Below are positions 28,373 through 36,472 of a stretch of DNA of 64,000 nt, in pieces. Origin of the DNA: Desulfobacterales bacterium (GTDB lineage: Bacteria > Desulfobacterota > Desulfobacteria > Desulfobacterales > UBA5852). Position 1 is the first letter of the stretch. The number at the start of each line of letters is the position of its first letter. Under the pieces are notes generated by a model, which saw only the letters and a list, made by a program, of their open reading frames with translations, searched no databases and had not been told where the DNA came from. The translations under genes were made by a program, and so were the position numbers. Location of the stretch: NCBI GenBank assembly GCA_963674755.2, contig CAXXVS010000002.1, forward strand, positions 1,440,001 to 1,504,000, in the 5' to 3' direction.

Positions 28373-29535
28373 TAGCTGCCAGCCTTGATCCTATCCCACA
28401 TCTCCGTCCACTCCACCTGGTGGGCATTCCAGTAGGCCGGATCGGCGAAGAGATACCCTGCCAGTTTGCCGGTGGGATCGAACGAGGGCATCTTCTGGAT
28501 CTTTTCAGGCATCTTCACTTTGGTCGGATCCAGGCTGGGCGGATAATTCTGCGCTTCGGAGACGGCGATGGCGCAGTCGGGGGCCAGCATGAAATTGAGC
28601 AGTTGCTCGGCAACGGGCATATCGGAGCCTTTCAGCACGAAGAGATACTCCATCCAGGAATAGGTCCCCTTGGGCGAAAGATACCCGATGGGATGGCCTT
28701 CCTGCTGCAAAGCCGCCACGCGCCCGGACCAGGCCACGGTGGCGTAGATTTCTTCGTTGGCCAGCAGGCTCATCAGTTCGGCCCCGGAGGCCCAGTACTT
28801 TTTCATCAAGCCGCGTTGTTCGCGCAAAGCGGCCCAGATGGCTTTGAGGTCGGTCATGTTGTTGGGGCTCTGTCCGGTGTACAGGGCCGCGTACCACATA
28901 TTGGTGCGGAAATCGCCGCCCCAGCTGCCCAGCTTACCCTTCAGCTCTTTGTCCCACAGCAACGCAGCGCCTAGCTTTTCGGCCTTCTCTTTGCTGACAT
29001 GCTTGGTGTTGTAGGCAATGCCGGTCTGCCCCAGGTCATAAGGCACCGCCGAGAGGGTTCCCTTGGTGATGGCCCGCAGGGGTTTGATCATGGCCGGCAT
29101 GACGTTCTTCAAGTTGGGGATCTTGGCTTCGTCCAGCACGGAAGCAAATCCCAGTTCCGCGTAGCGGGCATAGTCGAACACCGCACTCAAATGGGCGATG
29201 TTGAACTCGCCGCCGGGCGGATAGGAGGCCTTGACCCGGGTCAGGAAGGAGTTCATGTCACCGAATTCACCGTCGATGACTTTGATTCCGGTGGCCTTGG
29301 TGAAAGGCTCGAAGGCATACTTGCGAAAGGCCTCTGATACGACCCCGCCCCACCCGTCGAAACGGATGGACTTGGCCGCCCAGGCATCCTTCACGGCGCC
29401 GGCGAAGGGTGAACCCACCAGGCCGAGGGAAGCACCGGCCAACCCAAGGTATTTGAGAAAACGGCGCCGGCTGATCATGCCATTGCGATACGCCTCATAT
29501 ACCCGATCCAGTTTGTCTTTCGTTACGATTGCCAT
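28372..29535 (-). CDS. ABC transporter substrate-binding protein (PotD-like) with Tat signal
   Basis: SRRRFLKYLG twin-arginine motif, GWGG, FEPFTKATGIKV, KIPNLKN, AWSGR. Confidence 0.9.
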   Translation of the reverse strand: MAIVTKDKLDRVYEAYRNGMISRRRFLKYLGLAGASLGLVGSPFAGAVKDAWAAKSIRFDGWGGVVSEAFRKYAFEPFTKATGIKVIDGEFGDMNSFLTRVKASYPPGGEFNIAHLSAVFDYARYAELGFASVLDEAKIPNLKNVMPAMIKPLRAITKGTLSAVPYDLGQTGIAYNTKHVSKEKAEKLGAALLWDKELKGKLGSWGGDFRTNMWYAALYTGQSPNNMTDLKAIWAALREQRGLMKKYWASGAELMSLLANEEIYATVAWSGRVAALQQEGHPIGYLSPKGTYSWMEYLFVLKGSDMPVAEQLLNFMLAPDCAIAVSEAQNYPPSLDPTKVKMPEKIQKMPSFDPTGKLAGYLFADPAYWNAHQVEWTEMWDRIKAGS

Positions 29536-29567
29536 GAGGGTGCTCCTTTCGGCAGATGGTTGAAATG

Positions 29568-30365
29568 TTATGGCTTTATCTTGGAAAATTTGCGCGACAG
29601 ATAGCCGGCCAGCAAAGGGGTCGTCACGGTCAGTACGATCATCACCGCTCCCAGGGCATTGATTTCCGGACTGATGGAATTGCGCAGCATGCTGAAAATC
29701 TTGACCGGAACGGTCTGGTTCTGGGCCGTGGCCCAGAAAAGCGTGGCCGTGATATCATCGAATGAAATCGTAAAGGAAAACAAAGCACCCGCTAAAATGG
29801 CCGGCAGCAGCAGCGGGAAAGTGATTTCCTTAAAGGTCTGAAACGGATTGGCCCCCAGCGATTTGGCCGCCTCTTCGTATTCCTTTTTGATCCCCACCAG
29901 CCGGGCCTGGACGATCAAAAGCACATAGGGCAGGGTCAGGACCACGTGCCCGATCAGCAGCAGCACGAAACTCTTGGGCTGCTGCAGCCAGCGTAGAAAA
30001 AGGAGCAGGGCTACGCCCAGGACCACCTCCGGTATCATGATGGGCGACAGTAGAAGGGTATTGATGGTGTTCTTGCCCGGAAACTCGAAGCGGATAAAGG
30101 CCAGGGCGGCCATGATGCCGATGCCGGTGGTAATGACGGCGGTCAACGATCCCAGGATGAGCGAATTCTGAAAAGCGTCGATGATGGAGGCGTTCTGGGC
30201 CAGCCGGATGAACCAGCGCAGACTGAAGCCTTCCATGGGGAAAATGCCGAACTGCTTCGGATTGAAGGCCAGCACGATCACCACCACGATCGGGGCGAAC
30301 ATGAAGACATAAACCAGAAAGGTGTACAGGCGTATCAGCGTCCATCCTATTGAAAACGACCGCAT
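29568..30365 (-). CDS. ABC transporter permease (PotC-like)
   Basis: GFSLRWF, EEAAKSLGA, FTISFDD, ISPEINA. Confidence 0.92.
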   Translation of the reverse strand: MRSFSIGWTLIRLYTFLVYVFMFAPIVVVIVLAFNPKQFGIFPMEGFSLRWFIRLAQNASIIDAFQNSLILGSLTAVITTGIGIMAALAFIRFEFPGKNTINTLLLSPIMIPEVVLGVALLLFLRWLQQPKSFVLLLIGHVVLTLPYVLLIVQARLVGIKKEYEEAAKSLGANPFQTFKEITFPLLLPAILAGALFSFTISFDDITATLFWATAQNQTVPVKIFSMLRNSISPEINALGAVMIVLTVTTPLLAGYLSRKFSKIKP

Positions 30366-30368
30366 GGC

Positions 30369-31235
30369 TCAATTCCCCTGGAAGCTTTTGAAGATCTGGT
30401 TGATGCCCAAGTAGCGGTTATAGGTCCAGACGATGACAAACAGCAGGGAGAGCAGAATCACACTGATGGCCGAACCGAAGGGCCAGTCCAGGGTGCCGAT
30501 CACCCGCTTGAAGATCAGATTGGCGATCATTTCGTTGCCCGGCCCGCCCAGGATCATGGGGGGCAGATAGGTGCCGGCCGTGAGCACGAAGACCAGCAGG
30601 CAGCCGGCGCTGACCCCCGGCAGGCTCAGGGGCAGGGTCACTTCGCGAAAGGCCTGCCACTCGGTGCAGCCCATACAGCGGGCGGCTTCCAGAAGGCTCT
30701 TGTCGATACCTTCCAGACTGACGTAGATGTTGAGCACCATGAAGGGCAGCAGGTACATGATCAGCCCCATGAGGACCGTGAATTCGTTGTAGAGCATTGA
30801 AATGGGCGTATCGATCAGGCCGATTTTGATCAGGAAGTGATTGATCAGACCGCTGTCCCCCATGATGTTGATCCAGCTCATGGTACGAATGATGAAACTG
30901 ACCCAGAAGGGCAGCATGATGAGCAGAAGATAAACCTGCCGGTAGCGGGAGCTGCTGCGGTAAAAGAAGTAGGCCGGGATGTAGCCCATGACGAGGCACA
31001 GGAAGACGGTCTCAAACGCGATGCGGATGGTGCGGATCAGAATACCGGGATAGAAGAAATCCGCGAAGAATTTGGCGTAATTGCCGAACTGGAAGGCCGG
31101 AATGTCCGCCCCGCTGGGGGCCCGCAGCCAGAAGCTGTAGACGATGACGAAACACACCGGTATCACCAGCAGCAGAAAAACAGCGCTCATGGACGGCGCC
31201 AAAAGCGCCCATGGTTTCCAGCCGTCCGATTTCAT
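30369..31235 (-). CDS. ABC transporter permease (PotB-like)
   Basis: LPFWVSFIIR, LLEAARCMGC, LPLSLPG, DWPFGSA; alternative start at 31244. Confidence 0.9.
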   Translation of the reverse strand: MKSDGWKPWALLAPSMSAVFLLLVIPVCFVIVYSFWLRAPSGADIPAFQFGNYAKFFADFFYPGILIRTIRIAFETVFLCLVMGYIPAYFFYRSSSRYRQVYLLLIMLPFWVSFIIRTMSWINIMGDSGLINHFLIKIGLIDTPISMLYNEFTVLMGLIMYLLPFMVLNIYVSLEGIDKSLLEAARCMGCTEWQAFREVTLPLSLPGVSAGCLLVFVLTAGTYLPPMILGGPGNEMIANLIFKRVIGTLDWPFGSAISVILLSLLFVIVWTYNRYLGINQIFKSFQGN

Positions 31236-31463
31236 GGGAGCCATCCCTGGTTGTATAATGGCGATATATAGTGGGTTATGAAAATGCTGCTCTCCCCTTT
31301 TTCGAATGGGCCCCGCGCGGTCACAATGACTTCCCATCCCATAGGCGCCGGAGTAGGCCAACGACTTGTCTCCGGTGGGTTAGGGCTGCGCTTCTAAGGG
31401 TTATCAACCTCCATAAAAACGTTCACAGCAACCGGCATCAGGACCGCCTGATGGGCCAGCGGT

Positions 31464-32252
31464 CTAACGGGTGTTTTGCTCCGGGGGCAAAAGCGCCGAC
31501 AGCGTGCGGGCCGTATCCCTGATCATGTCGGCATAACGGGTCATGATCTCCGGGGCGCTCTGCTGCAAAACGGAAAAATCAAAGGAAACCGCCCCTACGC
31601 CTCTGCCGCTCACGGAATCGCGCAGGGCCGCGCCAATGGCCAGAAGGCCGGGCAGCAATTCTTCCACGCACATGGAAAACTGGCGATCCCGCGTCAGCCG
31701 CAATTCGGCATGCAATCGCTCCCGGTCCGTAATGGTTTGGGCCGTACGCGCCACGAGCGGCATGGATGCAAGCTTTTCCGTTAGCTGCTCTTCGCTGAGG
31801 CTGGCCAGATAGGCCTTGCCCAGGGCCGTATTGTGCAGGCAGTTGCGGGCCACATCCGGCAGGCGGTAGGTCAGCGTCTCCTCCGCCTCACAATGGTAGA
31901 TACGCACCAGGGCATCGTTCACCACGAACGCCAGATCGATGCTGATGTTATTTTCACGGTGAATCCGGTCCACGACCTCCCTGATCATCTCCAGATGATC
32001 GGTGGCCCGCATCAGATTCGTGCCCAGCACGATGCTTAAGAGAGACGGCCGGATCTCCTTGGTTTTGCCGTTCTTCTCGAGATAACCCAGTTCCACCAGG
32101 GTGTTGATGTAGCGATAGGTGGACGTCATGTTCAGCCCCAGGGTTTTGGCGATCGCACTCTGGGTCAACACGGGCGTCTCGCGGTTGAAGAGGGCCAGGA
32201 TGCTCAGACCTTTCTCCAGGGACTTTGAAAAATAGAATTTTCCTTTTGACAT
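31464..32252 (-). CDS. IclR-family transcriptional regulator
   Basis: SLEKGLSIL N-terminal HTH, TYRYINTL..LGYL, LHNTALGKAYLA, TAQTITD. Confidence 0.93.
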   Translation of the reverse strand: MSKGKFYFSKSLEKGLSILALFNRETPVLTQSAIAKTLGLNMTSTYRYINTLVELGYLEKNGKTKEIRPSLLSIVLGTNLMRATDHLEMIREVVDRIHRENNISIDLAFVVNDALVRIYHCEAEETLTYRLPDVARNCLHNTALGKAYLASLSEEQLTEKLASMPLVARTAQTITDRERLHAELRLTRDRQFSMCVEELLPGLLAIGAALRDSVSGRGVGAVSFDFSVLQQSAPEIMTRYADMIRDTARTLSALLPPEQNTR

Positions 32253-32278
32253 TCAGATTGGGGGTGATTTATTAGGGC

Positions 32279-32309
32279 ACTATAATAGTCATCTGATTAC
32301 TATTATAGT
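32279..32309. promoter_or_regulatory. Palindromic operator candidate in the divergent IclR / radical SAM promoter
   Basis: actataatagt-catctgatt-actattatagt: perfect 11-bp inverted repeat in an AT-rich spacer. Confidence 0.65.
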
Positions 32310-32382
32310 TAAATTGTCAGATGCCGATACGGATGTCAATTATTAATTTTCATTCAGCAGGCCATAGGGTGCCCAAAGGGGT

Positions 32383-34851
32383 GTGCCAATGCTTCAAGAT
32401 GAAGCCATCGTTGGGGTTGCGTTCAATCATTCGGATGAAACCAATCAGGTCCCGCTCAATGCTCTGGTGGCGGCCCTCACCGGCTTTCTGGATCAGATGG
32501 GCGTCCAATCCTTTGTGGGAGAAGGGGTTGCGGACATTATCCGGACGGGTGACGGGCCCACCAAACTGGAACGCCTGCTAAAGACCTGCGGCTATCCCGG
32601 AAACCCGGAGGGCTTTTTCCAGGCGCTGCTGCCGCAACTCGGGACAGCGAATGGCGCGGCCCCCATCGCCGTCAACGGCATCGAACTGCCCTATTTGATG
32701 ATGATGGCCCTGATGGAAGTTGTCCTGCCCGGCAACCAGTTCATCTCCGTCAAATCCACGACGCAGTTGGAAAAACTGGCCAATATCACCATCCCCGAAA
32801 CAGACCGGGAGGCCATGCAGGCGGTCCTCGACACCTATCCGGTGCGGCTCTCCATGCACACCATTCGTCAGATGCGCCTCTCCCCCCACGTGGCGTACCA
32901 ATATCTCCCCTTCGTCCAGGAGCTGGATACCGTCGGGCACACCAACACCTGGATCGGCCAGTTTCACCAGGGGCTGCTGGAGCAGATGTACCAAAATCGC
33001 GTCATTTTCCTTTTGAACATGAGCTGTCCGGTCTACTGCCGCTTCTGTTTCCGCAAACACAAGGATTCCCGCAACGAAACCAACCCTACCGTGGAGGATG
33101 TCAAAAAGGCCGTCGCCCATGTGGCGAATTCCCCCGCCGTCAAGGAAATCGTCATGACCGGAGGGGATCCTTTCATGAACCGGGCCAATATGGCCGCGGC
33201 TATCGACGGTTTGATGGACATCGCGCATGTGCAATCCCTGCGCCTGGCCACCCGCTCCATCGCCTACTACCCCCATATGTTCCTGTCCGAGGACGGCCGG
33301 CTGCTCACCTATCTCAAACGCAAGAACCTGGAACTCCAGGAGCGGGGCAAACGCCTGGAAGTGGCCACCCATTTCATCCATCCCGATGAAATTTCGCCCC
33401 AGAGCCTGATGATCATCGCCGACCTGGTGAAAAACGGGATCGCGGTCTATGTCCAAACGCCCCTCCTGGACAAGTGCAACGATGAGGGCCCGGAGCTGGT
33501 GCGTCTCTTCAGCCTGCTGCGCGGGGCCGGGGCCGAACTCCATTACATCTATATCCCCTGCAGCCCCATCCACGGCAACAGTGTCTACTGGTCGCCGATT
33601 GCCAAGGGGCTGGCGGTGGGCAGCTACCTGCGGGCCCACCTCTCCGACCGGGTGATCCCGCGCATCTGCACGGCCACGCCCATCGGCAAAATGGACTGGA
33701 ACACCAGCGGCTGGGCCGTGGAACCCGTGGCGGAAAACGACAACTTCATGTGGATCCGCAGTCCTTACACACCGGACTATTTCAAACAATTCGCCCCCCT
33801 GGCCAACCGGCTCGACAACATCCGGGTCAACCAGGAAGGCACCATCGACATCCAGTATATGGCCCAGATCGGCGATCGATCCCTCTTTCTGGGTGCCCGT
33901 CCCCCCAGGGGCGACCGCGGGACAGCGCCCCCGCCGGAAAGCACGGAGGCGGTGCTGCCGCTGGTGTTGAAATCAGAGGGCCTCGCGCCCTCCCTGGTGG
34001 ATACAGGGTCATCCACCCTTTCGCGCGTTCATGAAACCCGGGTCGAACTGGCGGCTGAATGCACGGAAGCCGATATAGACTATATCTGCCACGATGAGCG
34101 GATCACCGACGTGGTGGTGATCGCGGAGCAAGACGCCACCGCATCCCTTTGTGCCATCGCTAAGCTGATCAGGGCCCTGGAAGACATCCCCCATGTCAAC
34201 GCCGTCCGGCTGCGCAGCCTGGCTTTCAATTACGGACCCGAACGCTACACCCCGCTGGTCATCGACCAACTGGACCGCTGGAATCGACTGACCGTGGTCA
34301 ATCCGCTGCGCCTGGAAATCGAGACCCAGTTCCTGACGGCCGACGAATTTCGCCCGGCGCACGCGCGTTTGGCTCGCCAGCTCAACAACCGGGGCATTAC
34401 CGTCTACAACAACACCCCCCTGCTGGGCCGCGTCAACGACACGCCGGAGGCCATTCACGCTTTGGCCTATGGCTGCCGCCAGGCCGCCATCGAATTTCAC
34501 CACCTCTATGTGGCCGGCCTGCCCGTGCAAAAGGCGTGGAACGCAGCCAACCCCGTGGCGCTGTACGATGTGGTGGACATCGCCACCAAGGTCCGGCGGG
34601 AGGGCAGCGGCCGCGAAATCCCCCGCTATATCATCCGCACGCTCCTGGGCGAGGTGGACTTCGGGCTGTCTTCGGCGATCATCGGGGAGGGGAACGACCT
34701 GCAGGTCAAACTGCTGCCTTACACGCTGGCCTACTTCAAAGCGTTGTCACCTGATTTCAGCTGGCCCGCAGGGGTCCGGGAAGATGAAGACGGCCGACCC
34801 ATCGCGGCGGTCCCCGGCCTGTTGAAGACCACCGCCTTTGCTTTGTCCTGA
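32383..34851 (+). CDS. Tandem-domain KamA-like (lysine 2,3-aminomutase family) radical SAM protein
   Basis: CPVYCRFC, TGGDP, THFIHPDE, QTPLL..CND, IGK; second degenerate repeat (NNTPLLGRVND, SGREIPRY); alternative ATG start at 32389. Confidence 0.88.
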   Translation: MPMLQDEAIVGVAFNHSDETNQVPLNALVAALTGFLDQMGVQSFVGEGVADIIRTGDGPTKLERLLKTCGYPGNPEGFFQALLPQLGTANGAAPIAVNGIELPYLMMMALMEVVLPGNQFISVKSTTQLEKLANITIPETDREAMQAVLDTYPVRLSMHTIRQMRLSPHVAYQYLPFVQELDTVGHTNTWIGQFHQGLLEQMYQNRVIFLLNMSCPVYCRFCFRKHKDSRNETNPTVEDVKKAVAHVANSPAVKEIVMTGGDPFMNRANMAAAIDGLMDIAHVQSLRLATRSIAYYPHMFLSEDGRLLTYLKRKNLELQERGKRLEVATHFIHPDEISPQSLMIIADLVKNGIAVYVQTPLLDKCNDEGPELVRLFSLLRGAGAELHYIYIPCSPIHGNSVYWSPIAKGLAVGSYLRAHLSDRVIPRICTATPIGKMDWNTSGWAVEPVAENDNFMWIRSPYTPDYFKQFAPLANRLDNIRVNQEGTIDIQYMAQIGDRSLFLGARPPRGDRGTAPPPESTEAVLPLVLKSEGLAPSLVDTGSSTLSRVHETRVELAAECTEADIDYICHDERITDVVVIAEQDATASLCAIAKLIRALEDIPHVNAVRLRSLAFNYGPERYTPLVIDQLDRWNRLTVVNPLRLEIETQFLTADEFRPAHARLARQLNNRGITVYNNTPLLGRVNDTPEAIHALAYGCRQAAIEFHHLYVAGLPVQKAWNAANPVALYDVVDIATKVRREGSGREIPRYIIRTLLGEVDFGLSSAIIGEGNDLQVKLLPYTLAYFKALSPDFSWPAGVREDEDGRPIAAVPGLLKTTAFALS

Positions 34852-34864
34852 ACCGGAGGCCGCC

Positions 34865-35530
34865 GTGCACTACCCTTTTTTACTCTACGACCGTAAAATC
34901 CATCACCGTCCCGTCTTCACCGGACTTGAAGGCGCCCCCTACCTCGCCGACCTTTCCCTCCGGAGCGCCCTGCTGAAGGACCGGGCGCCGCGGGACCAGG
35001 GCGCCCTGCAGCAAATTTTAGAAGAAAAGATGGGCCGCGATTATCACTGGGGCCTGGCACCCTACCTCGAGCAGCGCGACACGCTGCTGCGCGACTGCCC
35101 CCAGATGGTGGCTGAAAAACGCTTCATCCATTTGGGCCTGGATGTCATCGTTCCCCTGGCAACCCCCTTGCATGCCCCACTGGATGCGGTGGTGGCCGAA
35201 AGCGGCTATGAGGAAGGCGAGGGCAACTACGGGGGCTATGTCCTGTTGAAGCACGAAGACCCCGGCTTCGAGACCTTCTACAGCTTCTATGGCCACCTGT
35301 GCCGTGATCGCCTGCCGGCCGCCGGGCAAACTTTCCGGGCCGGCACACCCTTTGCCGAAATCGGCGACTTTCACGAAAACGGCCATTGGTTCCACCATAC
35401 CCACATCCAGGTCATTACCCAAAAGGGGCTGGAGGCGGGCTACACGACCAAAGGCTATTGCAGCGCCCCGGACATGGCGGTCATGAATGACCTCTGCCCT
35501 TCCCCCATCCCCTTATTTAAAACCGGATAG
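34865..35530 (+). CDS. M23-family metallopeptidase-like protein without signal peptide
   Basis: HLGLD (HxxxD), GNYGG, YGHL, ENGHWFHHTHIQ (HxH); GTG start after ggagg. Confidence 0.85.
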   Translation: MHYPFLLYDRKIHHRPVFTGLEGAPYLADLSLRSALLKDRAPRDQGALQQILEEKMGRDYHWGLAPYLEQRDTLLRDCPQMVAEKRFIHLGLDVIVPLATPLHAPLDAVVAESGYEEGEGNYGGYVLLKHEDPGFETFYSFYGHLCRDRLPAAGQTFRAGTPFAEIGDFHENGHWFHHTHIQVITQKGLEAGYTTKGYCSAPDMAVMNDLCPSPIPLFKTG

Positions 35531-35954
35531 CGGCCTTTGCCGGACACGGCCCGTTCCTGCCCCTTGGTGGACAAAAGTTCCCCGGCAGCGCTCCATTGGT
35601 CCCGCCCATCATCGATCGGACTGTCGGCAAACGGGGCGACCCTGCGGGATGCAAGGGCCGCCCGTCGATACGGATAAGGAGATCAACGTGTTCGGGTGGG
35701 GACGGCTTTAACCACTTCCAGAGAATTATGTCGTTGCATTCCTTCACCATCCTGTGCTTAACCATTCAGACATAAGGCCCCCGGTTCCGGGCGGCGCTGC
35801 GCAAAAACCCGGTGCTTGCGATAGACCCTGTTCAAACCGCGATCGTGCAAAGCAGGCCTTGAAAGCATCGCTTTTGCGCTAAATTCTGAAGATATCCCCA
35901 AAATCAGTGCGGGCCGGGCGCATCATTCCACAACCGGCGGCCAGGAGACCCTCC

Positions 35955-36452
35955 ATGCGGTTTAGCTTGATACCATCCCATCGGAAGACGGCGATCGCCA
36001 TCGTCGTCGGTTTCATCATGATTGCAGCGCAGGGCACCATAGCCGCCGACGCTCAAATCCCCAAGGGCCAGACGCTTTATGTCCCGGTCTACTCCCATAT
36101 CTACAGCGGCGACCGGGAACGGCCGGTCTATCTGGCCGTCACCCTCAGCATTCGCAATACCGACCCGACCCATGCCATCCAGGTGACGACCGTGGATTAC
36201 TACGACTCCGAAGGACGGCGGCTCCAGCATTATCTGAAAGCACCTGTCGCCCTGCCCCCCCTGGCAACGGTGCGCTACGTGGTCAAGGAATCGGACAAAG
36301 CGGGCGGATCGGGGGCCAATTTCCTCGTGCGCTGGCAATCCGCGGAACCGGCCAACCCGCCCCTGGTCGAAAGTATCATGATCAGCACGGCCTCTCAGCT
36401 GGGCATCTCCTTTACCTCCCGGGGCGTACCGATCGTCGAAACAGCCCCGTAA
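35955..36452 (+). CDS. DUF3124-like exported protein
   Basis: GQTLYVPVYSHIY, TLSIRNTD, YYDSEG, GGSGANFLVRW, ISFTSRG; aggag RBS. Confidence 0.82.
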   Translation: MRFSLIPSHRKTAIAIVVGFIMIAAQGTIAADAQIPKGQTLYVPVYSHIYSGDRERPVYLAVTLSIRNTDPTHAIQVTTVDYYDSEGRRLQHYLKAPVALPPLATVRYVVKESDKAGGSGANFLVRWQSAEPANPPLVESIMISTASQLGISFTSRGVPIVETAP

Positions 36453-36472
36453 TCCAAAAGGAAAGCAGACCG

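Noticed and set aside
32383..34851. Calling this EpmB or AblA/KamA proper
   Set aside because: No efp/epmA, ablB or kamDE neighbours; double length; the lysine-binding acidic residues appear absent.
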